A DNA stretch of 59,139 nucleotides from a virus. Below the pieces are notes generated by a model. That model made no database searches, was not told where the DNA came from, and saw only the letters and a list, made by a program, of their open reading frames with translations. This document shows, in pieces, positions 18,501 to 26,764 of the stretch (positions are counted from its first letter, which is position 1; every line of letters starts with the position of its first letter). Location of the stretch: IMG/VR virus record IMGVR_UViG_3300043580_000025; one strand, written 5' to 3'. Made by a program: the position numbers and the translations under genes.

Positions 18501-20037
18501 GCTCAAGCTCGACGTACTTCTCCATCGCTTCAGCTTGCTCTTTGAGCTGTTGCACATAGAACGGTTGCTGCTTCAGCAGCGAATCAACAATAGTGCGGTA
18601 CTGCTCTTCGGTGTAGTTGCGCTTCTTGCTTTCGGCATTAATGATCTTCATCGAGTCGATGAAGTCATCGTTGTATCCAGCAGCCTTCGCAGTGCCGCCG
18701 CCGACGATCTTGTCGAAATCATCGGCTTGTTTTTGCGCTAGCTTGATTGCATCTTCGGCAGCCTTCTTCGCAATCTTTGCGAGTTCATCTGCCTTCTTCT
18801 TGGCGTCCGCTATTTCTTTGTCGGTTTGCCCCTGACGTATTCTTTCCTTCGCCTCTTCTGAACCTTCACCGCCCGCTGCCATTGCCGCTGCTTCTCGCGC
18901 AGCCTTGGACATCAGATCGAGCTTCTTTTGAAAACTTCCCTTGAAGCCTTGCGTGTTGCCAAAAGAGATCGCGGCAAAATCTTCGGACCAAATAGATTTT
19001 ATCTTCTCGCCCAAATCTTCTACGGTCTTGTATGCCGCTGAAAAGTCCATCGTACCCAAGTCGATGATGACTTTAATTAACGACACTACAGCATTGATGA
19101 CACTTTCAACAACCCGGTAGATCAACTGAAAAGCAGTGATTGCACCAGCAAGCCCGTGCCCGACAGCTTCAGAAAAACTGTTCGCCCCTTGATTCGCACC
19201 GAGTGCATCAGCCGCATCGCCCATCCCAAACATGGATGCAGTCGTCTCTTTAATCACGAGCTTGAATGCCTCGGTCGCAGGTACAGTGCCAACTAGTATC
19301 GCTTGAATGTATTGTCGCGACTTCGATGTGAATTCAGCGTTAGCGTCATTCAAGCCATCGACCGACTGAATCATTTCATTATTGAGTCGCGTTGCGAACG
19401 CTGTCTCATCTGCGAGAACCTTTATTGCCTTACCTAGTTCAGCAGCACCTCGGCCAGCCACAGCCTGCAATATCTCTGTCTTTTCAACGCCATCTGCGTA
19501 CTTGCCCATTGCAACACCGAGCGCCGCAACGCGTTCTGCCGGGTCCAGCTTTATGAAGTCTTCGTACTTGATGTTGATGCGCGCCAACGCTCGCGCTGCT
19601 TTGTCGCCTTCTTCATCGGTCGCCTTGAGTATCCGCGTCATCGCACTCATGTGGCCTGCCATGCTTTGCATGGATATACCGGCCACATCTGCCGCCGTCT
19701 GGAGCTTCGCAATGTTGACCGCAGATGCGCCTGTCATATCGGCAAGGTCTGCGTAATCACCCGCCTCTGACATCAATGCATAAAGTTGCTTGACGGCATC
19801 AATTGCTATCTGCACACCCTTCTGAATAGCGTCAGCAAAAAGAGCACCCTTGACCGACGCCGCAGTCATTTGATCTTCAAAACTCTTTACATCGCTGGCA
19901 CCCTTCTTCGCGCCTTTGCCAACACCTTCAGCGGCCTTCTCTGCTTTCTCAGCAGACTTCGAAAAGTCATCGAGCGCCCTTCTCCCGTCGTCAACTTGAC
20001 GCGAGTCAAGACCGATGCCAAGTGTAGTTATGTCCAC
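15586..20037 (-). CDS. tape measure protein
   Basis: 1483 aa, coiled-coil rich, Gly/Ala-rich hydrophobic core, follows G/GT chaperones; GTG start with GAGGAG SD. Confidence 0.9.
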   Translation of the reverse strand: MDITTLGIGLDSRQVDDGRRALDDFSKSAEKAEKAAEGVGKGAKKGASDVKSFEDQMTAASVKGALFADAIQKGVQIAIDAVKQLYALMSEAGDYADLADMTGASAVNIAKLQTAADVAGISMQSMAGHMSAMTRILKATDEEGDKAARALARINIKYEDFIKLDPAERVAALGVAMGKYADGVEKTEILQAVAGRGAAELGKAIKVLADETAFATRLNNEMIQSVDGLNDANAEFTSKSRQYIQAILVGTVPATEAFKLVIKETTASMFGMGDAADALGANQGANSFSEAVGHGLAGAITAFQLIYRVVESVINAVVSLIKVIIDLGTMDFSAAYKTVEDLGEKIKSIWSEDFAAISFGNTQGFKGSFQKKLDLMSKAAREAAAMAAGGEGSEEAKERIRQGQTDKEIADAKKKADELAKIAKKAAEDAIKLAQKQADDFDKIVGGGTAKAAGYNDDFIDSMKIINAESKKRNYTEEQYRTIVDSLLKQQPFYVQQLKEQAEAMEKYVELEQKMIDKAATDDAATLKASAEAATAAETELKNFGKLKSEIAETTLLRLKDTLEMVKADPVSRAFYQQQISDQQRVVNALKGTELLEAHKKLADEAKKEYDKAWEQVGQSFADQLMQGGRSASDYIKNLFRTMILRPTVMAAFSGGGSGGGAGGGGINMGNATSMYGMYNAYSSGMGLSGMAGGAGVGGAVGNIAAGYAGATGGGLALSGVGAAGPIMSTSGAAGAAFEGYMASTGIMAAEGGTLAGAAGAGAAGGAGAGASAALAAVPVAGWVALAAIAAYAAYKKWGKHKGGPKVEGSFGLDSGTLIGAYGNQMDTNAARAVSDLNSQYRRMATLLGSSNQNMQFGVGYSMDPAGTAPSMVHIRSEVSESVNREAGRTPEELAKALAEGSATVMVEALRNSGMEPQMLAYFDKITVGMTDQAKLGAFEQVAAVGQYWKAMQAMGGNMKELQGISLEAAVALAELSGGVEQLSSNMSSYIANYYSEAEQLSIGYQQLANQLNAAGSGWQGWSEEILRSYDKEWFRKQVEAIDLTTELGQRQYASMLAASDAFAKLDTAARSSTDSLAGLQAHVQAMGLKTSYLGKISEDAAKKLVLLAGGVDSLASGVATYQEKFYTDKERESLAYQQMAVQLNESGSGWTGFSEAILRSYTPARFREIVEGLNLEVEGDRQRYIALMKVAGAFAELKESTDGAIKAQERYDKAFDTLRDAYERHKSTLIETRDAMKSATQSFLDFNASLKVDETLTTLDPSARMWELQNQYGSARNKAEAGGYQAEDVSRMQEAARALLQGGRDYYGSGEGYTELFNQITKEMEGAAAETKIRQNYAEASLKNLELSVGYLVNIDNHLIDVYTALTQFLSARTDLYTLGYPHAEGLSRVPFNNYPALLHKDELVLPAQESNFVRGLPDFSGELRALRQEVASLRKENRQDAGNTIGATFTAAAQAAQVQSEATIRAARQRVYQSRSRPVLA

Positions 20038-20040
20038 AGA

Positions 20041-20439
20041 CTACTCCTCGACTTCTTCGGCAGGCTTCTTCTCGTCGTCAGCAGATGCATCGCGCAAAGC
20101 CTTATCCATACGAACGAGCGTGTCGAATTCCCACGGCGTCGGCTCAATGTTTCGGTTAGCAAAGAAGGCGCGCAACTCTGCCTCTGAGATAGCTGCAAAG
20201 CCACCAAAGCCCGGTGTGCGCGTGCTGCTAAGACGAATGAACCACTCCCAAAGATAGTCAGTCCCAGGAGGCAGCACATGGCTGCGAAGTTCAGTGAGTT
20301 CGTCAGGAGCAACACCCGTCATCCTTTCAACAACATGCAGCGTCTCGATCAACGCTACGCCGTCTTTACCTCTTTTGCCACCGCGAGCACCGGCTTCGAC
20401 GTATGAGCAGATGTCGACTGTGATGGCTTCAAAAAACCC
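20041..20439 (-). CDS. tail assembly chaperone GT extension (-1 frame; joined to 20440..20828 by frameshift)
   Basis: -1 frame is open from the slippery site to 20041 (translated manually, no stop). Confidence 0.75.
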   Translation of the reverse strand, partial: GFFEAITVDICSYVEAGARGGKRGKDGVALIETLHVVERMTGVAPDELTELRSHVLPPGTDYLWEWFIRLSSTRTPGFGGFAAISEAELRAFFANRNIEPTPWEFDTLVRMDKALRDASADDEKKPAEEVEE

Positions 20440-20828
20440 GCCTCATCCTCGAGTGCTGCAAGGATGCGATCCTTCCAACTTGGTTTGACGGCAAGTATCT
20501 GCGTCACACGTTCCTTGACGAATGGCGCTGGTTGACCCTTGGACGTAAAGCCAAACCATCCGACGACTACCGCAGCGGCAATCTCGAACTCGTTTTGCCG
20601 CAACGTAGCGTCAAGCTGCTCCGCACCTTCTTCGCTCTTGAGATCAAAGCGCGTGCGTTTGACCGCCTGCCGACGAATGGCCTTCTGCCGCTGACCCGAC
20701 AACGTGCGCTGGTACTCTTCCGAGTCTTTGCCGACGATGATGAAGCCATCGGTCGGCTCGCCCTCTTCATCCCAGGCAACAGCAACGCGCTGCGTGTTGG
20801 GCTCTTCCTGAACTTGATCTAATTCCAT
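20355..20828 (-). CDS. tail assembly chaperone (gpG-like)
   Basis: 157-aa acidic ORF immediately upstream of the tape measure; contains the slippery site. Confidence 0.8.
   Translation of the reverse strand: MELDQVQEEPNTQRVAVAWDEEGEPTDGFIIVGKDSEEYQRTLSGQRQKAIRRQAVKRTRFDLKSEEGAEQLDATLRQNEFEIAAAVVVGWFGFTSKGQPAPFVKERVTQILAVKPSWKDRILAALEDEAGFLKPSQSTSAHTSKPVLAVAKEVKTA
20433..20439 (-). promoter_or_regulatory. -1 programmed ribosomal frameshift slippery heptamer G GGT TTT
   Basis: Zero-frame codons GCG GGT TTT TTG give X XXY YYZ phasing about 25 codons before the G stop. Confidence 0.75.
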
Positions 20829-20829
20829 A

Positions 20830-22149
20830 TCACTTCCATATTCTGTAGTTGCTCACTTGCACATCACCCGTGCCTTCGACGGATTCGACGCCGCACTCGA
20901 TATCGACGAGATGCTCGTTGCCTGTTGCGAATGGCTTGCCATCCTTGGCCGTGCGCGTCGTGAGATGGTTCAAGATCGTGGCAAGGTTCAGCGTGCCGGG
21001 ATCGATCTTGGTAGACGGCACAAAACAGATGAACGCCCAGCCACCAGCGAACGGCCGCACAAAGAACACGTGCCAGAGATGACCATCAAGCGTCACGTCA
21101 TGGCTGTACCAACCCGGATTACGCCCCGTTGGATACGCACCATAGCCACCCCAGTTGTCGAGGATGATCATGATCTCATGCGAGATCGGTGGGCACTTGA
21201 AGCCGTGAATCTGTTGCGGACTATCCTGCAACCAGATGTCGAAGGTCAGTTGACCCAAACCTTGCGGGCGTCCCGTTGGATACCGATAATCGAATGAACA
21301 GTAGATCGGCGGCAGTCGACCATTCGCGGGTATCGGCAAGAACGACCCAGGCGTCGCACCAGATGGTGCCTTGGTTGAGACGCTTCCATCAGGCAACGTG
21401 ATAGCGAAGCCGCTTGGATTATTCCAATCCGATTGATACCCAGGCTTTGCACCAAACAGCACGGCGTGATAGCCCTTGACCTCGGATGATCCCTTCGGCA
21501 CTTTCCAAGCAACACGCCACGCGACTTCACCATTCGGGCCAACGGTTGCACCGCGCCCGAATGACGATTCGTACTTGTTGCCGGTGACGCCTGTGTAGGT
21601 GCCGCGCGTCATACCGGCCGTGCCCCACATATTGTCTTCGAGCCAGTACGTGACGTCCTTGCCCATCTGGAGCATATTATTGTGCGACTGCACTAGCGGG
21701 ATATCCGCTGATGGTGCCGGTGTCGGCCCAGGTGCAGGCGATGGCGCTGGCGATGACGGCGGTGCTGATGTCGAGACGCGCGGATCGAAGGAATCGACCC
21801 ACGTATTGTTTTGCCACTTCCACCAGCCACCAGCGTTGTTCTTTTGATAGACGACGCCGCTGTGATAAAGCAGCAGCGCCACGTTCGACGAAACGGTATC
21901 AACGCCGTCGCGACGAATCTTGTCGTTGGCCACGGACCACCGCACGCCTTGGCTATCGAAGATGGCAGGCGCAGGCGGCAGCGTCGTGCCGCTGGGGCTC
22001 TCGGCTTGCACCGCAGGCGGTGCCGGTGTCGGCCCAGGTGCAGGCGATGGTGGCGTCGGAGACGGCGCTGGTGATGGCGCAGGCGCAGGCGTGAACGTGC
22101 CCGAGAACGTACCGACGAATGTGCCTGTGAGCTTGTCGCCATCTGCCAT
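20830..22149 (-). CDS. GH12-like (concanavalin-type beta-jelly-roll) glycoside hydrolase with Pro/Ala linkers and a small Trp-rich domain
   Basis: DNMWG, AWRVAWKV..VKGY, FDIWL, SHEIMIIL, LWHVFFV, GVESVEG match the GH12 motif order (NNLWG, W.W..vKsY, E.MIW, GtE). Confidence 0.6.
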   Translation of the reverse strand: MADGDKLTGTFVGTFSGTFTPAPAPSPAPSPTPPSPAPGPTPAPPAVQAESPSGTTLPPAPAIFDSQGVRWSVANDKIRRDGVDTVSSNVALLLYHSGVVYQKNNAGGWWKWQNNTWVDSFDPRVSTSAPPSSPAPSPAPGPTPAPSADIPLVQSHNNMLQMGKDVTYWLEDNMWGTAGMTRGTYTGVTGNKYESSFGRGATVGPNGEVAWRVAWKVPKGSSEVKGYHAVLFGAKPGYQSDWNNPSGFAITLPDGSVSTKAPSGATPGSFLPIPANGRLPPIYCSFDYRYPTGRPQGLGQLTFDIWLQDSPQQIHGFKCPPISHEIMIILDNWGGYGAYPTGRNPGWYSHDVTLDGHLWHVFFVRPFAGGWAFICFVPSTKIDPGTLNLATILNHLTTRTAKDGKPFATGNEHLVDIECGVESVEGTGDVQVSNYRIWK

Positions 22150-22170
22150 GATGCTTCTCCTGAGTTTTGT

Positions 22171-23394
22171 TTACGAAGGAACGACCGCGCTGTCCTGAAG
22201 CTCAATCGTCGTCGCGTTTGCAGCCAGCAACGGCCCGCCGACATCGTTGAACAGCGCGACGAAGTTGTACGTGCGCTTCAGCCCTGTCTCAACGTCATCA
22301 GGCGTACTGGAATTGAGCTTGATCTTATGCAGCGAAAACGTATTGAAGTCCGCCGTGTCTGCATTGCTTGCCGCCAGCGCAGAGACGATACTCGTCTCGA
22401 CTTCATCATCGTAAAGATCGGGAATGTCTGCACTGTCATAGTAGGCCGTGAAGCTTCCGCTCGCCATCAGCTTCCCGGTGAACACGTCCGGTCGGATCAC
22501 GTCACCGACGACCGGGTCAGCCACCGCACCGCGAGCATCGAGATTGAATGAAAGATCGGTGACCGTGCCGCGACGCGTGCCATTCACGATCAGCGCACCG
22601 CCAGCCGCCACCATGACGCCGGTTGTCGTTTCATTCGTCGGTGCCGAAAAATAGCGCGTCGCAGCTTTGGTCTGGTCAAGGCCAAGGAAGGTCCAGTCCA
22701 GTCCAGCGTTACCCGACCCAGGCAAGCGCACATTCACCGACGCCGCTTTGCAGTCCTGATTGATCTGGCTGCGCGGCACCTCGGGGAACCATTCCTCGAA
22801 GGTGTAGTAGATGTCGGTGTGCCCCGTCTCAGGCACGAACGTGATGCCGCCTGGGAATGTGAACGTGCAGCCTGAAACGGTCGACTCAATCGTCGGCGCT
22901 TTGCGGTTGAGAGGCAGCACTGAAATGCTCAGTGCCGACACCGCAGTGATCAGATAGTTCCGCCGCGAGTTCGTGTTGAGACCCAGCGTCGGGCGAATGA
23001 CGCGGCCGATCTTTGCGCCGTCCGTCAGCCACGAGCCAAGCGTGCGGACGAAGGTATATGTCGGGCCAGTGCCAGCGACAGAGACCGTCACGGCGCTGAT
23101 GGGCGCGATGGCTGTGAACTCGCGCATCAGCAACGCTGCGAAGAAGTCCGCAAACGTACCCGGCGAAAATAGCGAGGACACCGAGCCATTGACAGTCACC
23201 GCGCCATGACGCGACGACATGAGTTGCTTGCGCGATGTCTGTTCAGATTCAGTCGTGTACGATTCTTTCGTGCGGTCGAAGGTCGATGTGTCGCGACGAA
23301 TGACTTGCCCGCCGACGCTTGGGACCGCAGGCGTACCCTTTACAGTTTGCCGCTTTGCGATCAAGAGTTTGTTTGCACCTTTTGCGATTGCCAT
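22171..23394 (-). CDS. major tail (tube) protein candidate
   Basis: 407-aa ORF between the tail terminator-like gene and the chaperones; GAGGA SD. Confidence 0.55.
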   Translation of the reverse strand: MAIAKGANKLLIAKRQTVKGTPAVPSVGGQVIRRDTSTFDRTKESYTTESEQTSRKQLMSSRHGAVTVNGSVSSLFSPGTFADFFAALLMREFTAIAPISAVTVSVAGTGPTYTFVRTLGSWLTDGAKIGRVIRPTLGLNTNSRRNYLITAVSALSISVLPLNRKAPTIESTVSGCTFTFPGGITFVPETGHTDIYYTFEEWFPEVPRSQINQDCKAASVNVRLPGSGNAGLDWTFLGLDQTKAATRYFSAPTNETTTGVMVAAGGALIVNGTRRGTVTDLSFNLDARGAVADPVVGDVIRPDVFTGKLMASGSFTAYYDSADIPDLYDDEVETSIVSALAASNADTADFNTFSLHKIKLNSSTPDDVETGLKRTYNFVALFNDVGGPLLAANATTIELQDSAVVPS

Positions 23395-23425
23395 GATGTG
23401 TCCTCAAAGAACAACGCGTTGATCT

Positions 23426-23833
23426 TCAACTATCTACTTGCGCTTGCCAATAGATAGTCACCGGAATCTTCCACTGTCCCTCGTCAGGCACACCAGCAGC
23501 CACGACAGGAACTTCAGTAATGATCGTTGAAATGCCGCCTTCGACTAACGTCGTGCCCCGACGAAAATGAGCACGTAATGCGTCAACCCGGTTCTCAGCG
23601 TCCCTCGGACCTTTACCCTGCGGATAGCACAACGCAACCTGCATCATTCCTTGCTCGATGATCGTGAGCGTATCCATCGTCTTGATCGGTGAATTGGGAA
23701 TCATCTTCACTTCTTGGTACACCGAGCCATCGGCCGGTGGCGAGAAGAACACGTTGTCCCAAGCTGTAGGCAAAGCCGGTGCAAGCGCCGCTAGATGCTT
23801 CTCGAGTGCACGACGGATTTGCGGCATGCTCAT
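23426..23833 (-). CDS. tail terminator-like protein (DUF4128-like)
   Basis: N-terminus IRRALEKHLAAL..LPTAWDNVFF.PP resembles DUF4128/gpU-like proteins; position. Confidence 0.45.
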   Translation of the reverse strand: MSMPQIRRALEKHLAALAPALPTAWDNVFFSPPADGSVYQEVKMIPNSPIKTMDTLTIIEQGMMQVALCYPQGKGPRDAENRVDALRAHFRRGTTLVEGGISTIITEVPVVAAGVPDEGQWKIPVTIYWQAQVDS

Positions 23834-24231
23834 TTAACGTCCCTAACTTCCGACGCTATATATGCCGTATAGCTTTGCACAGTTGCGCGCACAATACCTG
23901 GAGGTGAAGGAGCCTTCTTCGACCAACCATATTCCAGACGCCTCGCGTATGGCAACGAGTTAGTGACGTAGAGAACACCGCCAGCCCGCACATTTGCAAA
24001 GGCCGCAGTGATGCGCGCTATGGTCGTCGACCCATCAGGATCGACTGCCTCGATAGTCGACGTATTTGGCGAGCCAATACCGGGCATCCAGTTTCCGCGA
24101 AACCGGCCGGTGTCGACTGGCGACATCTCAACCATGCGACCGCCCATTTGAATGATGGCCCTTCGCACGATCACGTCCATCGACAGATTCGTCTTGCGTT
24201 GGAATTTCCTGATGTCTTCGCTGAAGCTCAT
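23830..24231 (-). CDS. HK97 gp10-like head-tail joining protein
   Basis: MSPVDTGRFRGNW motif; start at ATG 24231 (1 nt after upstream stop) rather than track start 24258. Confidence 0.6.
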   Translation of the reverse strand: MSFSEDIRKFQRKTNLSMDVIVRRAIIQMGGRMVEMSPVDTGRFRGNWMPGIGSPNTSTIEAVDPDGSTTIARITAAFANVRAGGVLYVTNSLPYARRLEYGWSKKAPSPPGIVRATVQSYTAYIASEVRDVK

Positions 24232-24232
24232 G

Positions 24233-24607
24233 TCATGTACCTCTTGCCTGCACTTCATGCAGCACGACTACGCCAGCAGGTTGTAGCGGGCGTGACTCCA
24301 CCACTTCGAGACGATATGCACCAAGCGTGACGACATCACCGCTCTGCGGCATCGTGCCCAAGTTAGGAGCAATAAGCACGCGACGATCTCCACTTTGTAT
24401 GAGACTACCGTCGACTTCACGTTGCGCATATTCAAACTCAACACCATTTGCACTCCACACTTGTTCGCCGCCATCTTCGACGACGCCTTGATCTGGATCG
24501 TATCCGCTACCTGCGGCTGAGCGCGTGAGCAGAACGATCTGACCTAGCTCATTGAGCAGGTCGACCGCCGCCTGGGCTAGCTCGCCGTATAGCGCAGATG
24601 CCATCAC
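24233..24607 (-). CDS. head-tail joining / head closure candidate
   Basis: 124-aa ORF in the connector gene chain; ATGA overlap. Confidence 0.6.
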   Translation of the reverse strand: MMASALYGELAQAAVDLLNELGQIVLLTRSAAGSGYDPDQGVVEDGGEQVWSANGVEFEYAQREVDGSLIQSGDRRVLIAPNLGTMPQSGDVVTLGAYRLEVVESRPLQPAGVVVLHEVQARGT

Positions 24608-25068
24608 ACTCTTTCAAAAGTCACAGCGCCATACCCTGACGAGTTTGTGTACGTCAGGCCATAGAGCAAGTCTGTGATAACTGGATACCGCGCCGCTTCG
24701 CTCGTAATAGTCGGCTGACCATAACGCAGCGTCAGCGGCCCAACTGTTTTCTCGAGGACCGGCGCAGAAGGCAGGTCGCCATACAAACTACCTTCGACGT
24801 GCCGCCGCGCGGCTTCGGCTGTTGCGGCAGCGACGTTCGGATGCACGCGCGCCGTCGCCGGTGTCGTCGTGGTGTCCCACAATGCCTCGGGCAACAGACG
24901 ACGCGCATAGATGAATTGTGTCCCACGTCGCAGTGCTGCTTCACGCTCGCTTGTCGACTTATTGTCCCAAACGTTTTTCGCGTATCCGAGAGCCGTCAAA
25001 TATGCATTGGCATCCTCTAGGCTGATAAAGGAATCATAACCGGGAGCCGGGTAGACGGCTACTGGCAT
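24604..25068 (-). CDS. head-tail adaptor (gp6/DnaT-like) candidate
   Basis: N-terminal SFISLEDANAYL pattern typical of head-tail connector proteins. Confidence 0.5.
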   Translation of the reverse strand: MPVAVYPAPGYDSFISLEDANAYLTALGYAKNVWDNKSTSEREAALRRGTQFIYARRLLPEALWDTTTTPATARVHPNVAAATAEAARRHVEGSLYGDLPSAPVLEKTVGPLTLRYGQPTITSEAARYPVITDLLYGLTYTNSSGYGAVTFERV

Positions 25069-25074
25069 GATGCT

Positions 25075-25419
25075 TCAAGCCTCTTCTTCCTTGACGCGTT
25101 TCCAGCCGGAACGCTCATGGATTTTCACGTTGTCCGCATCGATCTCAGCTTCGACGCCCTCAGCATTCACCATCCGCACAGGCGCAGCATCCGCGCTCGA
25201 CACCGGCTGCGAGCTATCGACAACCGCCGTCATGCCTGTCTCTGCACTTGGCCCAGTCGACGGCGCACCGTTAGCTGGCTCGCTTGCGTACGCTGGCAAC
25301 GCCTTTGCGTTCTGCCGGACCTCGACGCCGCCTGTCGGCTGGATGTCCTGAGCAATCTTTTCGACGAGCGCAGCTTCATCGTCAACGATAGATGCGCTTG
25401 CCTTCTTTGCAGTTGTCAT
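25075..25419 (-). CDS. hypothetical head-associated protein
   Basis: Start at ATG 25419 preceded by GAGAGG, just after a terminator; track start 25488 would cross the terminator. Confidence 0.6.
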   Translation of the reverse strand: MTTAKKASASIVDDEAALVEKIAQDIQPTGGVEVRQNAKALPAYASEPANGAPSTGPSAETGMTAVVDSSQPVSSADAAPVRMVNAEGVEAEIDADNVKIHERSGWKRVKEEEA

Positions 25420-25435
25420 CTTTAGCCTCTCGATT

Positions 25436-25462
25436 AAAAAGCTCCGGCCGTTGGGCCGGAGT
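25436..25462 (-). terminator. rho-independent terminator (minus strand)
   Basis: CTCCGGCC-caac-GGCCGGAG 8-bp GC stem followed by CTTTTT on the minus strand. Confidence 0.7.
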
Positions 25463-25501
25463 AACTTACGTCCGCCAACTACGGACACAGGAGAACGCCG
25501 G

Positions 25502-25741
25502 TTAGGGTTTGTTCAGAGGATTGATCGTCGGCTCGTCGCCGCCTGGGGCAGTCGTCGGGCCGCTTTGTTCGTCTTCCGGTGGCTCGGGCACATTCTCGCC
25601 GCGCGCACGCCGCGCTTCGCGTTCGGCCTTCGCCTCGGGCGAGTGACCGCGCCCAGCTTCGCCGCTCTTGCCGGGTGCGCCGCCGCCTTGACCGGGTGCG
25701 TTGCTACGACCTTGCGAGCCTGGATCGTCGGGTTTTGCCAT
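25502..25741 (-). CDS. Gly/Pro/Glu-rich low-complexity protein
   Basis: Start ATG 25741 with AGGAGAA SD; 79 aa. Confidence 0.5.
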   Translation of the reverse strand: MAKPDDPGSQGRSNAPGQGGGAPGKSGEAGRGHSPEAKAEREARRARGENVPEPPEDEQSGPTTAPGGDEPTINPLNKP

Positions 25742-25813
25742 GAGAAATTCTCCTGAAAGAGTAAAGAGCCTTGGATTCGTAGCTGTAGCAGCCACGTCGT
25801 TCTCACGTCGCGC

Positions 25814-26362
25814 TTAGCGCGCGTTGTGACGGTCGACCAATTCCGCGAGTTCTGCTTTCTTCGCATCGGCCGGGAATTGAACATTCTTCTCTTTGAGCGC
25901 AGTGCGCATCTCGTCGGTCGTCATGCCTTCAGATGCGCGCGACGTTTCCTTCGCTTGCTGGTACCCTGCGCGCGGATCGACAGGCGCGTCCTTGCCGACC
26001 TCGTCGATGTCCAACGGCCGACCCGACGTGGTCATCGGATTCATTGCCGTGGGTGCCACGTCCGGCACCGCCTTGACGACCTGACTGCGGCCATACTTCT
26101 CGGCCGACAGACCCGTCTGCAACTCGGCGTCCGCGCCTTGCAGTTGCGGGATGTTGACGGCGTCGTCGCCTTCGCCCTTCAGACGCGGATCGAATTGCAT
26201 GCCGATCAGCTTGCGTGACTCTTCGTCGATCTCGTAGTCCTGCCCAGGCGACGAGAGAATCTCACGTGCGTCGATGGGCTCGAAGTATTGGACGCCTTCA
26301 GTCGCTTCCAATTTCTTGTTGAGCGCTTCATCGTCGCCGGTATAGCGTAGTCCGATTTTCAT
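25814..26362 (-). CDS. protein with C-terminal HeH/SAP (Rho-N-like) motif
   Basis: AAGGAG SD before ATG 26362; C-terminal TTDEMRTALKEKNVQFPADAKKAELAELV. Confidence 0.6.
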   Translation of the reverse strand: MKIGLRYTGDDEALNKKLEATEGVQYFEPIDAREILSSPGQDYEIDEESRKLIGMQFDPRLKGEGDDAVNIPQLQGADAELQTGLSAEKYGRSQVVKAVPDVAPTAMNPMTTSGRPLDIDEVGKDAPVDPRAGYQQAKETSRASEGMTTDEMRTALKEKNVQFPADAKKAELAELVDRHNAR

Positions 26363-26372
26363 TGTGTGCTCC

Positions 26373-26753
26373 TTATGGCTTTGCCAGGAAGATCGTGCTG
26401 TTGATCGTCGGCGTAGCACCGCTGGTGTCGTTGAAGGCACGGATGTAACGGTAGTAGACGCCGCTGACCTCGTTGTTGAACGGGATCTCGAGACGCCCCG
26501 TCGTCTTCACTTCGCGTGCTGCGAGTTCGACCGGCGTGCCAAAGGCAAGCAGGAGCGAGCCTTGGATGCGCACGGTGTAGGCGTTGCCGCCAGATACGTC
26601 GACGGCGCTGGTGTCGACAACAGCGATGGCATCCAAGTGCGCATCGCCTACGTCAACGACGCGAGCAGCACCGGCCACTTGCGCGGCAGCGTCAACGGTA
26701 ACAACGCCTGCGTCTTTCAGCAGCGTCAGATTGTCATAAGTGCGAGAAGCCAT
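26373..26753 (-). CDS. head decoration/cement protein candidate
   Basis: 126-aa ORF immediately after the major capsid gene; TAAGGAG SD. Confidence 0.5.
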   Translation of the reverse strand: MASRTYDNLTLLKDAGVVTVDAAAQVAGAARVVDVGDAHLDAIAVVDTSAVDVSGGNAYTVRIQGSLLLAFGTPVELAAREVKTTGRLEIPFNNEVSGVYYRYIRAFNDTSGATPTINSTIFLAKP

Positions 26754-26764
26754 GTTTGTTCTCC

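Noticed and set aside
20041-20352. Independent TTG-initiated 103-aa gene after the chaperone gene
   Set aside because: There is no RBS. Its frame is open upstream to a perfectly phased slippery heptamer in the preceding ORF, so it is better explained as the -1 frameshift extension (GT).
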